Assembly: GCA_965207885.1 (NCBI GenBank)
Contig: OZ242311.1
Span: 4,640,001-4,704,000, forward strand
Reading direction: 5' to 3'
Source of the DNA: Candidatus Latescibacterota bacterium
Lineage (GTDB): Bacteria; Latescibacterota; UBA2968
DNA: 64,000 nt
This document shows positions 9,488 to 19,814 of the stretch, one piece after another. Position 1 is the first letter of the stretch. Each line of letters begins with the position of its first letter. A program made the translations under genes and the position numbers. The notes under the pieces are model-generated. The model was not told the origin of the DNA, made no database searches, and was given only the letters and a program-made list of their open reading frames with translations.

Positions 9488-10849
9488 TTATCGCGCAGCC
9501 TCTATGGCCTCAGCTTTCATCTTTTCTCTCTCCACATCGTCCTGCCATCGCGCTTGAATATCTTCGCGCAAACGCCAGAGTGGATCAAAATAAAAGAAAA
9601 ATGTATCGGGTTTTACTACGGGACTGATATAGACGGCGATTCCGGTTTCCCTGTTGTAGTATTCATAGGAGTGCGCGTCTCGTTTTCCGCCACCGCCCAA
9701 TGTATCTACAATAAATGTGGGCATGTTAAACCCGGATGTGGTGCCGCGTATGGCTTTTTCAATGGCGAGGCCGTCGTCGAGCGTTGTACGCAGGTCTTCA
9801 ACGCCGCGCACGAGGTCGTGGAAATACACATAATAGGGTTGTACGTTTAAGTAGCTCAACCTCTTGACCAGGAGTCTCATCGTCTCGGCGCTGCTATTCA
9901 CGCCGCTTTGAAGTACTGCCTGGTTGCGTATTGTTATTCCGCGCGACTGTAGCCGATTAAGCCCGTCCTGGGTAATGCCGGTGATTTCGGCGGGGTGATT
10001 AAAATGGGTGTGCAAGACGACTTCTTTGTGCATTTTGCGCCCGCGATCCACCACGCGTGTCAGCGCATCTACCCAGGCATCATCTGTGACGAGTTTTTGC
10101 GGCATGACCGCCGGGCCTTTGGTCGCAAAGCGAAATCGCCGTATGTGGTCAATATTCAGCAGGCGGTTGCCCAATTCTTCGAGTTGATCGGCTTTGAGTT
10201 GATACATGTCGCCGCCGCTGACTACGACATCTTCGACTTCGGGACGCGATTGAATATACCCAATCGCATTGTCCCATCGCTCGCGATTGACCCGCAGACT
10301 TACTTTTTCCACATCTTCTGTATCCAGTCCCACAGCATAGCTGCGGGTGCAAAATCGGCAATAGACGGGACAGGTGTCCAATACGAGGAATAATACGCGG
10401 TCTGGATAGCGATGTGTCAATCCCTCAACGGGGGCATCTCCCAATTCATTGAGCGAATCGAGGTGCAATTCGGGGTGATCGCACTCTTGCTCGCATCTGA
10501 GAGACAAAAATTGTTTGCGAATCGGATCGCGATACGGGTCATCCCAATTGATCAAGCTCAATATATACGGCGAGATTCGCACACTCATGGGCGCGTGTTG
10601 CAAGCCCGCTGCGACTTCTTGATAAAAGTCATTGGGTACTCGATTTTCAAGTACTCGCATCAATTTGCCCACGCTGGTTATTGAATGGCGCATCTGAAAG
10701 ATGTGCGAGTGAAAGGTGCGCGCGTCTATGTCTGTAAAAGCGGGGATGTGTCGCCAGAATTCGTCCCGACGCAACTCGCGATGCGCGAGATCCTCGGGGC
10801 CGAAGGGCGGTTTTGTGCGAGGGGCATATACTTCTTCAATAACGTCCAT
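9488..10849 (-). CDS. KamA-family radical SAM / PLP aminomutase
   Basis: THRYPDRVLF, CPVYCRFC (CxxxCxxC), VVVSGGD, HFNHPAE, GGGGK (PLP lysine). Confidence 0.88.
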   Translation of the reverse strand: MDVIEEVYAPRTKPPFGPEDLAHRELRRDEFWRHIPAFTDIDARTFHSHIFQMRHSITSVGKLMRVLENRVPNDFYQEVAAGLQHAPMSVRISPYILSLINWDDPYRDPIRKQFLSLRCEQECDHPELHLDSLNELGDAPVEGLTHRYPDRVLFLVLDTCPVYCRFCTRSYAVGLDTEDVEKVSLRVNRERWDNAIGYIQSRPEVEDVVVSGGDMYQLKADQLEELGNRLLNIDHIRRFRFATKGPAVMPQKLVTDDAWVDALTRVVDRGRKMHKEVVLHTHFNHPAEITGITQDGLNRLQSRGITIRNQAVLQSGVNSSAETMRLLVKRLSYLNVQPYYVYFHDLVRGVEDLRTTLDDGLAIEKAIRGTTSGFNMPTFIVDTLGGGGKRDAHSYEYYNRETGIAVYISPVVKPDTFFFYFDPLWRLREDIQARWQDDVEREKMKAEAIEAAR

Positions 10850-11022
10850 CTTTCTGCCTTTTTAGTGAGATGCAAGGTGTGGTTATGCCTGTGTGCAAAC
10901 TACCTATAATACATCCGCTATGTATATCTGTCAAGTCTGGGCGCGGACAAAAACCTTGTCCGACCCGTTTGTTTATTTTACTTTAAAAACGCTATTGCCA
11001 TCATTCTGAACGGAATTTTTTT

Positions 11023-13764
11023 ATGTCAAAACGCGCGTTTGTTATCCTCATTTTGGGTTTTGCCGTTTTTGCAGCTTTTGTTGGGCTGAGGCTGCTCTCG
11101 GTGATTTATACCGATTATCTCTGGTTTTCATCACTCGGTTTTCACGACGTATTTATCACCATTATACGCACCAAAACCCTCGCCTTTTTCGCATTTGGTA
11201 GTGTTTTTGCACTGATCTGCGGTATCAGTATTGTCGCTGCTCGGCGCTATGGACAGCCCACCCGCATCATGGCGCTTGAGGTTATTATCGATGGCGATGT
11301 TCCCATACCGCCTGATCACTCTCTCCGACAGCGTTACGCCTGGATCGGCATTGTCGCGCTGTTGTCCTTTTTTATGGGTGTTGCAGGCACTTCGGCCTGG
11401 TCAGTGGTTCTAAAATACATCAATCCCACCTCTTTTGATCTGGCTGATCCCATATTTGGTCACGACATAGCATTTTATGTTTTCAGCCTGCCGCTGTACA
11501 ATTTTCTGCAGGGTTGGTTCATTTCTGCAATTATTGTGACGGGGATTGCCTCGATTGTTTCCTATCATCAGGATAGAGCGGTTCGATACGATGACAAGCG
11601 CTGGATTACGACCCCACAGGTGCGAGCACATGTCTCGATTCTCGCTGCCATTCTCGCTCTTTTACTCGCGTGGGGATATTGGCTAAAAAAATACGAGTTG
11701 CTCTATTCTTTTCGCAAAGATGCTTTTTTTGGCGCGGGTTATACAGATCTCAATATCCAGATCTGGGCTTACTATCTGATGCTTTTTGGGCTGGTTGTTC
11801 TCGCGGGGTTGCTCTTTTACAATGTGCGCGTTCGCACATGGAAGATTCCCGGATTTGGCGCGGCGGGCTATCTCGGTGCGATCATTGTCGTGAGTTGGTG
11901 CATCCCTATTATTTTTGAATTGGTGGTTGTGCGACCCAATGAATTTGACAGAGAAAAGCCCTATATTCAACATGCCATCAATTACACGCGCAAAGCATAT
12001 CGTCTGGACAAGATCAAGGAGGTGCCTTTTCCCGGCGAATCTGATCTGACTGCGGACGATATTGCAAATAATCAGGCTACCATACAAAGTATTCCGCTGT
12101 GGGATCGCCGTCCGCTTATGGACACGTATTCTCAGATCCAGGAAATTCGGTCCTATTACAAATTTCGAAGTGTCGATGTGGATCGCTATCGCATTGACGG
12201 CACGTATCGACAAGTGATGCTGGCCGCACGCGAACTGGCGAGAAATCCGCGCGATTTACCAGGGGATACATGGGTCAATCGGCATCTTGTGTACACGCAT
12301 GGATACGGTCTGGTCATGAGTCCGGCCAATGAGATTGCCGCCGAAGGGCTGCCGGGTTTTCTGCTGAAGGATATTCCACCGGTTACATCGAATGGCATAG
12401 AGGTCGTTCGCCCCGAACTCTACTACGGGGAAGACATGCGCGATTACATCATCGTTCGGACCAATACACCCGAATTTGACTATCCCAAAGGCGATGAGAA
12501 TATATATACGAATTATCAGGGGCGCGGTGGCGTGCTGTTGGATGGATTTTTGAAGCGCCTTTTATTTTCCATTCGCTTTGTCGATCCATTTATTCTTTTT
12601 ACCGATGCGATAACGCCCCAAAGTCGCATTGTGTTTGACCGGCATATCGGCACCCGCTTTGGAGAAGATGCGCCGCGGCGGTTTGATAAAATTGCTCCGT
12701 TTCTCCGTTTTGACAACGATCCCTATCTCGCCGTGGTTGAAGGCCGCCTGCTCTGGATACAGGATGCTTATACTATATCCAATATGTTTCCCTATTCGAT
12801 GCCTTATGGGCGGCCCTATGTGCGAGAAATGAATTATATTCGCAATTCTGTCAAAGTGGTGCTCGACGCGTACAATGGGAGTGTCACTTTCTATGCCTGG
12901 GATACGAGTGACCCCCTCCTCAAGACCTATATGGCGATTTTCCCGCATCTGTTCAAGTCGGCTGATGAAATCGGTCCCGCACTTCGCGCACACCTGCGGT
13001 ATCCGATAGATCTATTTGATATTCAGGCGGCGCTTTACAATACCTATCACATGACCACTCCGATTGTGTTCTACAACCGCGAAGATGTGTGGGAGATTCC
13101 CACAGAATACTACGGGACAGTTGATCGCCCTATTCGCATGCATCCGTATTATGTGATGGCGCGTTTGCCGGGTGAAGACCGCGAAGAATATATTCTCATG
13201 TTGCCGGCTACGCCTTCCAACAAACCCAATATGATCGGCTGGATATTTGCGCGTTGTGACGGAGAAAATTACGGACGACTCGTGGTCTATAAATTACCGA
13301 AGGAAAAGCTTATTTACGGACCGATGCTTATTGAACAACGCATCAATCAGGATACCGATATTTCCCGAGAAATTACTCTGTGGGACCAGCGCGGGTCAGA
13401 TGTCATACGCGGCAATTTGCTGGTTATTCCCATCCGCAATTCGTTCATTTATGTCGAGCCGCTTTATTTGCGCGCATCCCAACACGGCATGCCAGAGCTC
13501 AAGCGCGTGCTCGCCGTTCACGGTGACCGCCTCGCTATGGGCGAAGATCTCAACGATGCTCTCAACAGAGTTTTTTCCATAACAAAGGGCGTGCCAGTTC
13601 GGGATACGGAAGATTTGCCAGAAGACCTCAAAATACTCGCCCGGCAGGCCTATCAGCAATTTGAAACGGCGCAAAAGCACTTGCAAGCGGGCGCGTTTTC
13701 TGATTATGGCCAAAGCGTTGAGGCACTGCGCCAAACTCTTCGGCGCATGAATGAAAATGAATAA
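11023..13764 (+). CDS. UPF0182-family membrane protein
   Basis: N-terminal TM segments, DVDRY, HLVYTHGYG, NYIRNSVK, YVEPLYL...PELKRV. Confidence 0.93.
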   Translation: MSKRAFVILILGFAVFAAFVGLRLLSVIYTDYLWFSSLGFHDVFITIIRTKTLAFFAFGSVFALICGISIVAARRYGQPTRIMALEVIIDGDVPIPPDHSLRQRYAWIGIVALLSFFMGVAGTSAWSVVLKYINPTSFDLADPIFGHDIAFYVFSLPLYNFLQGWFISAIIVTGIASIVSYHQDRAVRYDDKRWITTPQVRAHVSILAAILALLLAWGYWLKKYELLYSFRKDAFFGAGYTDLNIQIWAYYLMLFGLVVLAGLLFYNVRVRTWKIPGFGAAGYLGAIIVVSWCIPIIFELVVVRPNEFDREKPYIQHAINYTRKAYRLDKIKEVPFPGESDLTADDIANNQATIQSIPLWDRRPLMDTYSQIQEIRSYYKFRSVDVDRYRIDGTYRQVMLAARELARNPRDLPGDTWVNRHLVYTHGYGLVMSPANEIAAEGLPGFLLKDIPPVTSNGIEVVRPELYYGEDMRDYIIVRTNTPEFDYPKGDENIYTNYQGRGGVLLDGFLKRLLFSIRFVDPFILFTDAITPQSRIVFDRHIGTRFGEDAPRRFDKIAPFLRFDNDPYLAVVEGRLLWIQDAYTISNMFPYSMPYGRPYVREMNYIRNSVKVVLDAYNGSVTFYAWDTSDPLLKTYMAIFPHLFKSADEIGPALRAHLRYPIDLFDIQAALYNTYHMTTPIVFYNREDVWEIPTEYYGTVDRPIRMHPYYVMARLPGEDREEYILMLPATPSNKPNMIGWIFARCDGENYGRLVVYKLPKEKLIYGPMLIEQRINQDTDISREITLWDQRGSDVIRGNLLVIPIRNSFIYVEPLYLRASQHGMPELKRVLAVHGDRLAMGEDLNDALNRVFSITKGVPVRDTEDLPEDLKILARQAYQQFETAQKHLQAGAFSDYGQSVEALRQTLRRMNENE

Positions 13765-14665
13765 ACAGGTTTCAAAGTGGGCTGGATTGCTCACTGAACA
13801 GCGCAATTCCAATAGCACCCATATTGACCGGTGTTCGACAGTGGATGCACTGCGCCTTATCAATACCGAAGATCAAAAAGTAGCGCGTACTGTTGAAGGT
13901 GTGATAGATGATGTTGCCAGAGCTGTCGATCTCGTGGTGTCGGCGTTTCAAAAGGGCGGTCGTCTCTTTTATGTTGGCGCGGGAACCAGCGGTCGTCTCG
14001 GCGTTCTCGATGCGTCTGAATGCCCGCCGACCTACGGCGTGTCACCCGATCTCGTTCAGGGGGTTATCGCGGGCGGTATTCCCGCTTTGACGCGTTCACA
14101 AGAAGGCGCAGAAGACCACCCTGAAGACGGAAAAGCCGCGCTCAAAGATCGCGGTTGTACATCCGATGATGTTGTTATGGGCATTGCGGCGAGTGGGGTG
14201 ACGCCTTTTGTGCTCGGTGCGCTCGAATACGCGCGATGTATTGGCGCAAAGACTTTGTTTTTTACATGCAATCCAGATGTCGTAGAAAAGGCGCGCGCAG
14301 ATGTCGCGATTGTTCCTGTGGTGGGGCCAGAGGTCGTTACCGGTTCGACGCGCATGAAAGCGGGCACGGCAACCAAACTCGTGCTCAATATGATTACTAC
14401 AACGGCTATGATCCGCCTGGGTAAAGTCTATGAAAATCTGATGGTTGACCTCGCGCTGACCTGCGAAAAACTCATAGATCGCGCCGAACGCATTTTGGAG
14501 ATCGTATCTGATCTGACTCCTGAAGAAAGTCGCCGGGCACTCGACAATGCACAGGGAGATCTCAAAACGGCGATTGTCATGACAAAACGGGCTGTCTCTA
14601 TAGAAACAGCCCGTGAATTACTGCGGCAAAACGATGGTGTTATCAACAAGGTTCTGGTGGATTAA
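13751..14665 (+). CDS. murQ: N-acetylmuramic acid 6-phosphate etherase
   Basis: GAGTSGRLGVLDASECPPTYG, GPEVVTGSTRMKAGTATK. Confidence 0.96.
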   Translation: MKMNKQVSKWAGLLTEQRNSNSTHIDRCSTVDALRLINTEDQKVARTVEGVIDDVARAVDLVVSAFQKGGRLFYVGAGTSGRLGVLDASECPPTYGVSPDLVQGVIAGGIPALTRSQEGAEDHPEDGKAALKDRGCTSDDVVMGIAASGVTPFVLGALEYARCIGAKTLFFTCNPDVVEKARADVAIVPVVGPEVVTGSTRMKAGTATKLVLNMITTTAMIRLGKVYENLMVDLALTCEKLIDRAERILEIVSDLTPEESRRALDNAQGDLKTAIVMTKRAVSIETARELLRQNDGVINKVLVD

Positions 14666-16191
14666 GTCCTGTTGTGTTCTCCTTGATAGAAGGTTTTTAC
14701 CAGACCGTTGAGAAAGTCTTTGGGCTGGCGCACGGCTTCTGCGGTAATGACGTAAGATTGGTGTCCCAATAGCTTTAGCCCGTGCCCGTAATCATCGAAC
14801 AAATCCGGGCACACTTCGTCAATTGTTCGATTTTCTTTTGCGGCTTTTTCGGCAAGTGCGCCCAGTGCCTCATCGTCAAAGGTGAGCGCGATACCATAGG
14901 CGTCCTGGAATCGCTTGACAAACGCGCTCGTGCCTCGCAAGATCAGCAACTGCTGAAGCGCGAGTTCGGGGTCTTCAATTACATTTTTCGTGACGTGAAA
15001 CGAATCGATTTCTGTCGATGGCAATGATTTTTCAAATTTTAGCAACGCGCGTTCACATACGCTGACCAGACTTCGCGCGCCGGTTTGTTCCAGGGCGGCT
15101 TGTTCGGCCAATAGCCTGAGCGCGTCGTCGTCAAAAGTCAGATCAATGCCGTAGGCTTTGAAGTCGCGTTTTTTGCCCAGAATTACCGAACTGGTCTGGC
15201 TCCGCAAAATCGCGTAGAGATCGTCCACGCTCAAGGGTGTTAAAACTGCTGTTACGGGCAATCGCCCCACAAACTCAGACTCAAAACCGTATTCGATCAT
15301 GTCTTCTGTTTTGGCGTGCTGCAAAAGTTCTGTGTGGTCCTGTTCGTGAGACATGTCGCGCCCGGATTGGAACCCGACTTTGCCCAGATTGAGACGTTTT
15401 CGCACGATGTCATCGAGGCCGCTAAATGCACCGCTTACGATAAACAGGATGTTGCGCGTGTTAATTTTTTGACGCTCTACTTTGCCACTGCGCTGAAATT
15501 GCATCATGGATTCCATCTGCGATGTGAGGTCGTGTGGTGCTTTGAGATCGACATCGGTTTCTTCCATGAGCTTGAGCAAGTTGCGCTGAACGCCCGTGCG
15601 CGATACGTCTGGGCCGACCAGATTTGAGGCCGATGCGATTTTGTCTATTTCGTCGATGTACACGATGCCGTATTGCGCCATTTCAATGCTGCCATTGGCT
15701 TCGCGCACGAGTTCTCGAATCAGGTCTTCGACATCGCCGCCCACATATCCCGTTTCGCTGAATTTTGTCGCATCGCCCTTGACGAATGGAACGCCAATGC
15801 GTTGTGCAATCAACTTAATCAAATACGTTTTGCCCACGCCCGTAGGCCCAATCAGGAGGATATTGTTTTTGATGTGTCCCACATTTTTGCGCGAAAAATC
15901 CGGGTCTTCGCGGTCGAGTTTCATGCGATTGTAGTGTGTACATATCTTGGTGGCCAATACTTCTTTTGCTTCGGATTGCTGTACCACATATTTGTTTAGA
16001 TAAGCCTCCAATTCTTCGGGCTTGAGGTCAAAATCTATGGTTTGTTCTGCGGGTTCTTCCACGCGGGGACCTTCCTGTATCCCATCGGCTTCTCCCTGCG
16101 GAAAGACTACCTGATTCCCGTATTTTTCTTCGAGGAAGTTTTTGAGATCTTTTTGCAATTCTGCAGGAGAAAAAGGTCTTTTTTCAGACAT
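14662..16191 (-). CDS. ClpX-like AAA+ ATPase lacking the Zn-binding domain, with a duplicated C-terminal small domain
   Basis: GPTGVGKT, DATKFSETGYVG pore loop, YIDEIDK, GVQRNLLKLME, VGF loop, EFVGRLP, TGARSL. Confidence 0.85.
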   Translation of the reverse strand: MSEKRPFSPAELQKDLKNFLEEKYGNQVVFPQGEADGIQEGPRVEEPAEQTIDFDLKPEELEAYLNKYVVQQSEAKEVLATKICTHYNRMKLDREDPDFSRKNVGHIKNNILLIGPTGVGKTYLIKLIAQRIGVPFVKGDATKFSETGYVGGDVEDLIRELVREANGSIEMAQYGIVYIDEIDKIASASNLVGPDVSRTGVQRNLLKLMEETDVDLKAPHDLTSQMESMMQFQRSGKVERQKINTRNILFIVSGAFSGLDDIVRKRLNLGKVGFQSGRDMSHEQDHTELLQHAKTEDMIEYGFESEFVGRLPVTAVLTPLSVDDLYAILRSQTSSVILGKKRDFKAYGIDLTFDDDALRLLAEQAALEQTGARSLVSVCERALLKFEKSLPSTEIDSFHVTKNVIEDPELALQQLLILRGTSAFVKRFQDAYGIALTFDDEALGALAEKAAKENRTIDEVCPDLFDDYGHGLKLLGHQSYVITAEAVRQPKDFLNGLVKTFYQGEHNRT

Positions 16192-16321
16192 AAAAAAAGC
16201 TCCAGAGTCAAGGGGCTGGGGACTGGGGATGAGCTCTCAGTCCATCCAGAGTAGTAATACTGAAAGTTCCTAAACAATACCAATACTGCTTCTGACTGTC
16301 AAGTTATCATGAGACACAGTT

Positions 16322-18043
16322 ATGAATCTCAGTCCACTAACACTTCGCAGATTATGCGATGAATTGCGGCCTCAGATTGACCATCGCCTGATCCGCGATG
16401 TGTTCCTCGTTGGTCGGCACGATCTGTTTCTGCATCTGGGCGATGCCGGGTATCTCTTGCTTTCCGCACATCCAGGTCGAAGTTGTCTGATGCTGACGCA
16501 ACAGCCCAGCGAGGCCCAGCGCTTACGCATTCCCTGGGCAGATCGCTATTTGCGCGGTGCGGGTATTATTGGCATTGAGCATGTTCCCCACGAACGCATT
16601 GTGCATATCATAGTTCGCAAGCGCGACCGCATTGGCACGGTTACTGATTCCCGCATTATATGTGAATTGATCAACAGGTATGCCAATGTTGTTCTCGTCG
16701 ATATGAGAACGAGCCGAATCCTGGGGGCGCTCAGGTCCGTTCGCGCGCGCCAGAACCGCGTGCGGGAAATAGCTCCGGGAAAATTCTATCAGCCGCCGCC
16801 AGCACTTGACCGCATGCCGCCGGAAAGCGCGAAGCTCTCCTTTTTGGCCGATATTCCCGAAGATGCGCGCGCAGACGCGCTTGTACAACATATTGCGGGG
16901 CTTGACCTTTTATCTGCGCGCGAATTGCTTCATATTGCTGGTTTTGGGGAGAAACGCCCGCTTTCCGCCAGCGATATCGCGAATTTTGCAGAGATTATTC
17001 GCACGTTTTTTGCGAATCCGCCATTTTGTGACGGAGGCCTGCGCGTGCGAGAAGGGGATAATCGCAACGCGGTTTGTGCTCTTGGTATTCGGCATACGCA
17101 GATAGAACAAGCGTATCGCTCGCTCAGCGAAGCTATATCGGATGTTGTGGCGTGCGAAGTCGAGTCTGAGGCTCTTAAAGGGCGGCAAAAAAATATCGAG
17201 AAGGATCTAAAAAATCGCCTGACTGTCTGCGAGCGAAAAATTGGGCGTATCCGCGCAGATATCGACGATGCGGCCAATGCAGATCTGTATGAAAAGATGG
17301 GGAATGTGCTGATGTGTCACATCGCGCAGATTCCTGCGAATGTCGATACCATCACGCTTCCCGATGTATTTGACCCGTCTTGCGAGGATATGGTTATCTC
17401 CCTCAATCCCCGGCGCACGGCCTCGGAAAATGCCAGCGCGTACCTCAAGCGGGCGCAGAAAGCGAGAAAAGGCGCTCCCATTCTCGCCAAACGTCTCGAG
17501 GTAGCACGGAGGGAGAGGGATGAAATTCTGCATTATACAGATCGCCTCAATACTGTCCGTTCGGAAGCCGAGTTCGACGAGATACGGCGGGAACTGGAAG
17601 ATGCGCGCCTGATCAAAGCGCCTAAAAAGAGGCCGCGAGTCAGGTCTAAACGCCAGAGTGGCGATATTCATCCCAGACGGTATCGCACACAGGATGGTTG
17701 GCGCGTGCTGGTGGGTCGAAATAATACGGAAAACGATAGGCTTACCAAAAGTTCAGGCCGAGACGATTTCTTTTTGCATGTTCACGGATGCCCGGGATCC
17801 CATGTGATTCTCAAACGCGATGGCAGAGCGGACCACCCCTCTCGAAAAACGCTTGAAGAAGCGGCCTGTCTGGCGGCTTATTGGAGCAAAGCGCGGGGTG
17901 CTAAACGTGTGCCAGTCAATTATACAGAGGTTCGCTATGTGCAAAAACCGCGTGGGGCACCGCCGGGGCTGGTCACGATTCGGAATGAAAAAACTCTGAT
18001 GGTCTCGCCTCGCGAACTCAAGCGCGAGGATGAATATTCGTAA
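16322..18043 (+). CDS. rqcH: NFACT-family ribosome quality control factor (RqcH/FbpA)
   Basis: NFACT-N (HERIV, ELINRYAN), coiled coils, NFACT-R (VGRNNTENDRLT, GCPGSHV, AAYWSKAR, VQKPRGAPPGLV). Confidence 0.88.
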   Translation: MNLSPLTLRRLCDELRPQIDHRLIRDVFLVGRHDLFLHLGDAGYLLLSAHPGRSCLMLTQQPSEAQRLRIPWADRYLRGAGIIGIEHVPHERIVHIIVRKRDRIGTVTDSRIICELINRYANVVLVDMRTSRILGALRSVRARQNRVREIAPGKFYQPPPALDRMPPESAKLSFLADIPEDARADALVQHIAGLDLLSARELLHIAGFGEKRPLSASDIANFAEIIRTFFANPPFCDGGLRVREGDNRNAVCALGIRHTQIEQAYRSLSEAISDVVACEVESEALKGRQKNIEKDLKNRLTVCERKIGRIRADIDDAANADLYEKMGNVLMCHIAQIPANVDTITLPDVFDPSCEDMVISLNPRRTASENASAYLKRAQKARKGAPILAKRLEVARRERDEILHYTDRLNTVRSEAEFDEIRRELEDARLIKAPKKRPRVRSKRQSGDIHPRRYRTQDGWRVLVGRNNTENDRLTKSSGRDDFFLHVHGCPGSHVILKRDGRADHPSRKTLEEAACLAAYWSKARGAKRVPVNYTEVRYVQKPRGAPPGLVTIRNEKTLMVSPRELKREDEYS

Positions 18044-18073
18044 ATTTTTTTACATTTTTTCAAGGGAGATATT

Positions 18074-18805
18074 GTGGCGCGAAAGAGGGTGTTGATTACA
18101 GGTGCAGCAGGGCGTATTGGCGTGGTTCTCACAGATGGCTTGTACGAGCGGTATCAACTGAGGGTGCTTTACAATCGCACAGTTTTAGATCAGAAGTACG
18201 ACGAGGAAGTGATGGTGGGAAATATCACGGATCTGGAGAAGATGGAAGAGGCTGTGGATGGCATGGATGCGGTGGTTCATATGGCGGGCAATCCATCGGG
18301 TGGGGCGACGTTTGAAGAAACTGTGGAGGCAAATATTATCGGTACCTACAATATTTACGAGGCGTGCAAGCGCAAGGGGGTGAAGCGAGTCATTTTTGCC
18401 AGTACAAATCACGTTACTGGCATGTACGAGAAGAAGGGCCCGATTTATACGACCTGGGAAATGCCCGTGCGTCCCGATAGTTATTACGGTGCGAGCAAAG
18501 CGTATGGCGAAGCGTTGGGACGGTATTATGTCGATGCGTATGGCCTGTCTGTGATTTGCCATCGCATTGGGTCTTTTCAGCCCGTGTCTTCTGTTCAGAA
18601 TCGAGGCAGTGACCGCATTTTGTCGTCCTGGCTGAGTTATAAAGATACGGTGCAGCTGACCTGGCGGAGCATTGAGGCACCGGAGAAGATTGATTTTGCG
18701 ATTTATTACGGTATTTCGGGTAATACGCGGGCGTATTGGGATATTCAAAATGCGCGCGAAGAGATCGGGTACGATCCCGTGGATAATGCTGAAGATTATG
18801 TTTAG
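18074..18805 (+). CDS. NAD-dependent epimerase/dehydrogenase (uronate dehydrogenase-like SDR)
   Basis: ITGAAGRIG, FASTNH, RPDSYYGASK (YxxxK), RIGSF, WLS. Confidence 0.85.
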   Translation: MARKRVLITGAAGRIGVVLTDGLYERYQLRVLYNRTVLDQKYDEEVMVGNITDLEKMEEAVDGMDAVVHMAGNPSGGATFEETVEANIIGTYNIYEACKRKGVKRVIFASTNHVTGMYEKKGPIYTTWEMPVRPDSYYGASKAYGEALGRYYVDAYGLSVICHRIGSFQPVSSVQNRGSDRILSSWLSYKDTVQLTWRSIEAPEKIDFAIYYGISGNTRAYWDIQNAREEIGYDPVDNAEDYV

Positions 18806-18818
18806 TGGGAAATGGGAG

Positions 18819-18852
18819 AAACCGCCGATTGCTCAAGATCGGCGGTTTTTTT
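18819..18852. terminator. Intrinsic terminator between SDR gene and folD
   Basis: AAACCGCCGAT...ATCGGCGGTTTTTTT. Confidence 0.75.
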
Positions 18853-18870
18853 GTGTCTGAATGCGACGGT

Positions 18871-19752
18871 TTATGCGAGGCCGTACATGCGTTTTGCCGA
18901 TGTTATGGTGTTGTACAGGAGCATGGTGATGGTCATGGGACCAACGCCGCCCGGGACGGGTGTGATGGCGCGCGCTTTTTTGCTGATGGCCGTGTAATCG
19001 ACGTCGCCAATGAGGCGATAACCCGCTTTTTTGGATTTGTCGGGTACGCGGTTGACACCGATGTCGATGACGACTGTGCCGTCTTGTACCATATCGGCTG
19101 TGACGGTGTTGGGATGTCCTGTCACCACAATGAGGATATCTGCCTGACGGGTGAAGTGTCCGAGGTCGCGCGTGCCGGTATGGCATAAGGTGACGGTGGC
19201 ATTTGTGGCTTTTTGCGAGAGGATGTTGGCGAGGGGGCGGCCCACCAGAGTGCTGCGCCCCACGATGACGACGTGTTTGCCTGCAACTTCGAAGTTGCCG
19301 CGTTTGAGGATTTGTTGTACGCCGTGAGGCGTGCAGGGTAAAAAGCCTTCTTCGCCGCGCATGAGGCGACCGAGGTTGACCGGGTGGAGGCCATCTACAT
19401 CTTTGTCGGGTGAGATGCTGTTGAGGGCGGTTTGTTCGTCAAAGCCTTCGGGCAGGGGAAGTTGAACGAGGATGCCGTGAATAGTGGGGTCGTCGTTGAG
19501 TTGTTCAATGGTGTTGAGAAGGTCGGATTCGGGCTGGTCGGCTGTCAGGGTGTGTTCAATAGAATACATGCCGATGTCTGCACAGGCTTTGCGTTTGCCT
19601 TTGATGTAGGATATGGATGCCGGGTCGTCGCCGACAAGGACGACTGCGAGGCCAGGGGTGAGGTTGTGCTCTGCTTTGAGGTGCCTGACTTCTTTAGCCA
19701 TTTCTGCGCGCATGGTTTTGGACAGGTCTGTGCCGTTTATGATTTTTGCCAT
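18871..19752 (-). CDS. folD: Bifunctional methylenetetrahydrofolate dehydrogenase/cyclohydrolase
   Basis: GILVQLPLP, KDVDGLHP, PCTPHG, ITPVPGGVGPMTI; start MAKIING at 19752. Confidence 0.97.
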   Translation of the reverse strand: MAKIINGTDLSKTMRAEMAKEVRHLKAEHNLTPGLAVVLVGDDPASISYIKGKRKACADIGMYSIEHTLTADQPESDLLNTIEQLNDDPTIHGILVQLPLPEGFDEQTALNSISPDKDVDGLHPVNLGRLMRGEEGFLPCTPHGVQQILKRGNFEVAGKHVVIVGRSTLVGRPLANILSQKATNATVTLCHTGTRDLGHFTRQADILIVVTGHPNTVTADMVQDGTVVIDIGVNRVPDKSKKAGYRLIGDVDYTAISKKARAITPVPGGVGPMTITMLLYNTITSAKRMYGLA

Positions 19753-19814
19753 GATCGCTTTCTCCCATGTGAATGCCCAAAACAAAAATACGCCCGGGCG
19801 ATGTGATTGTTTTT

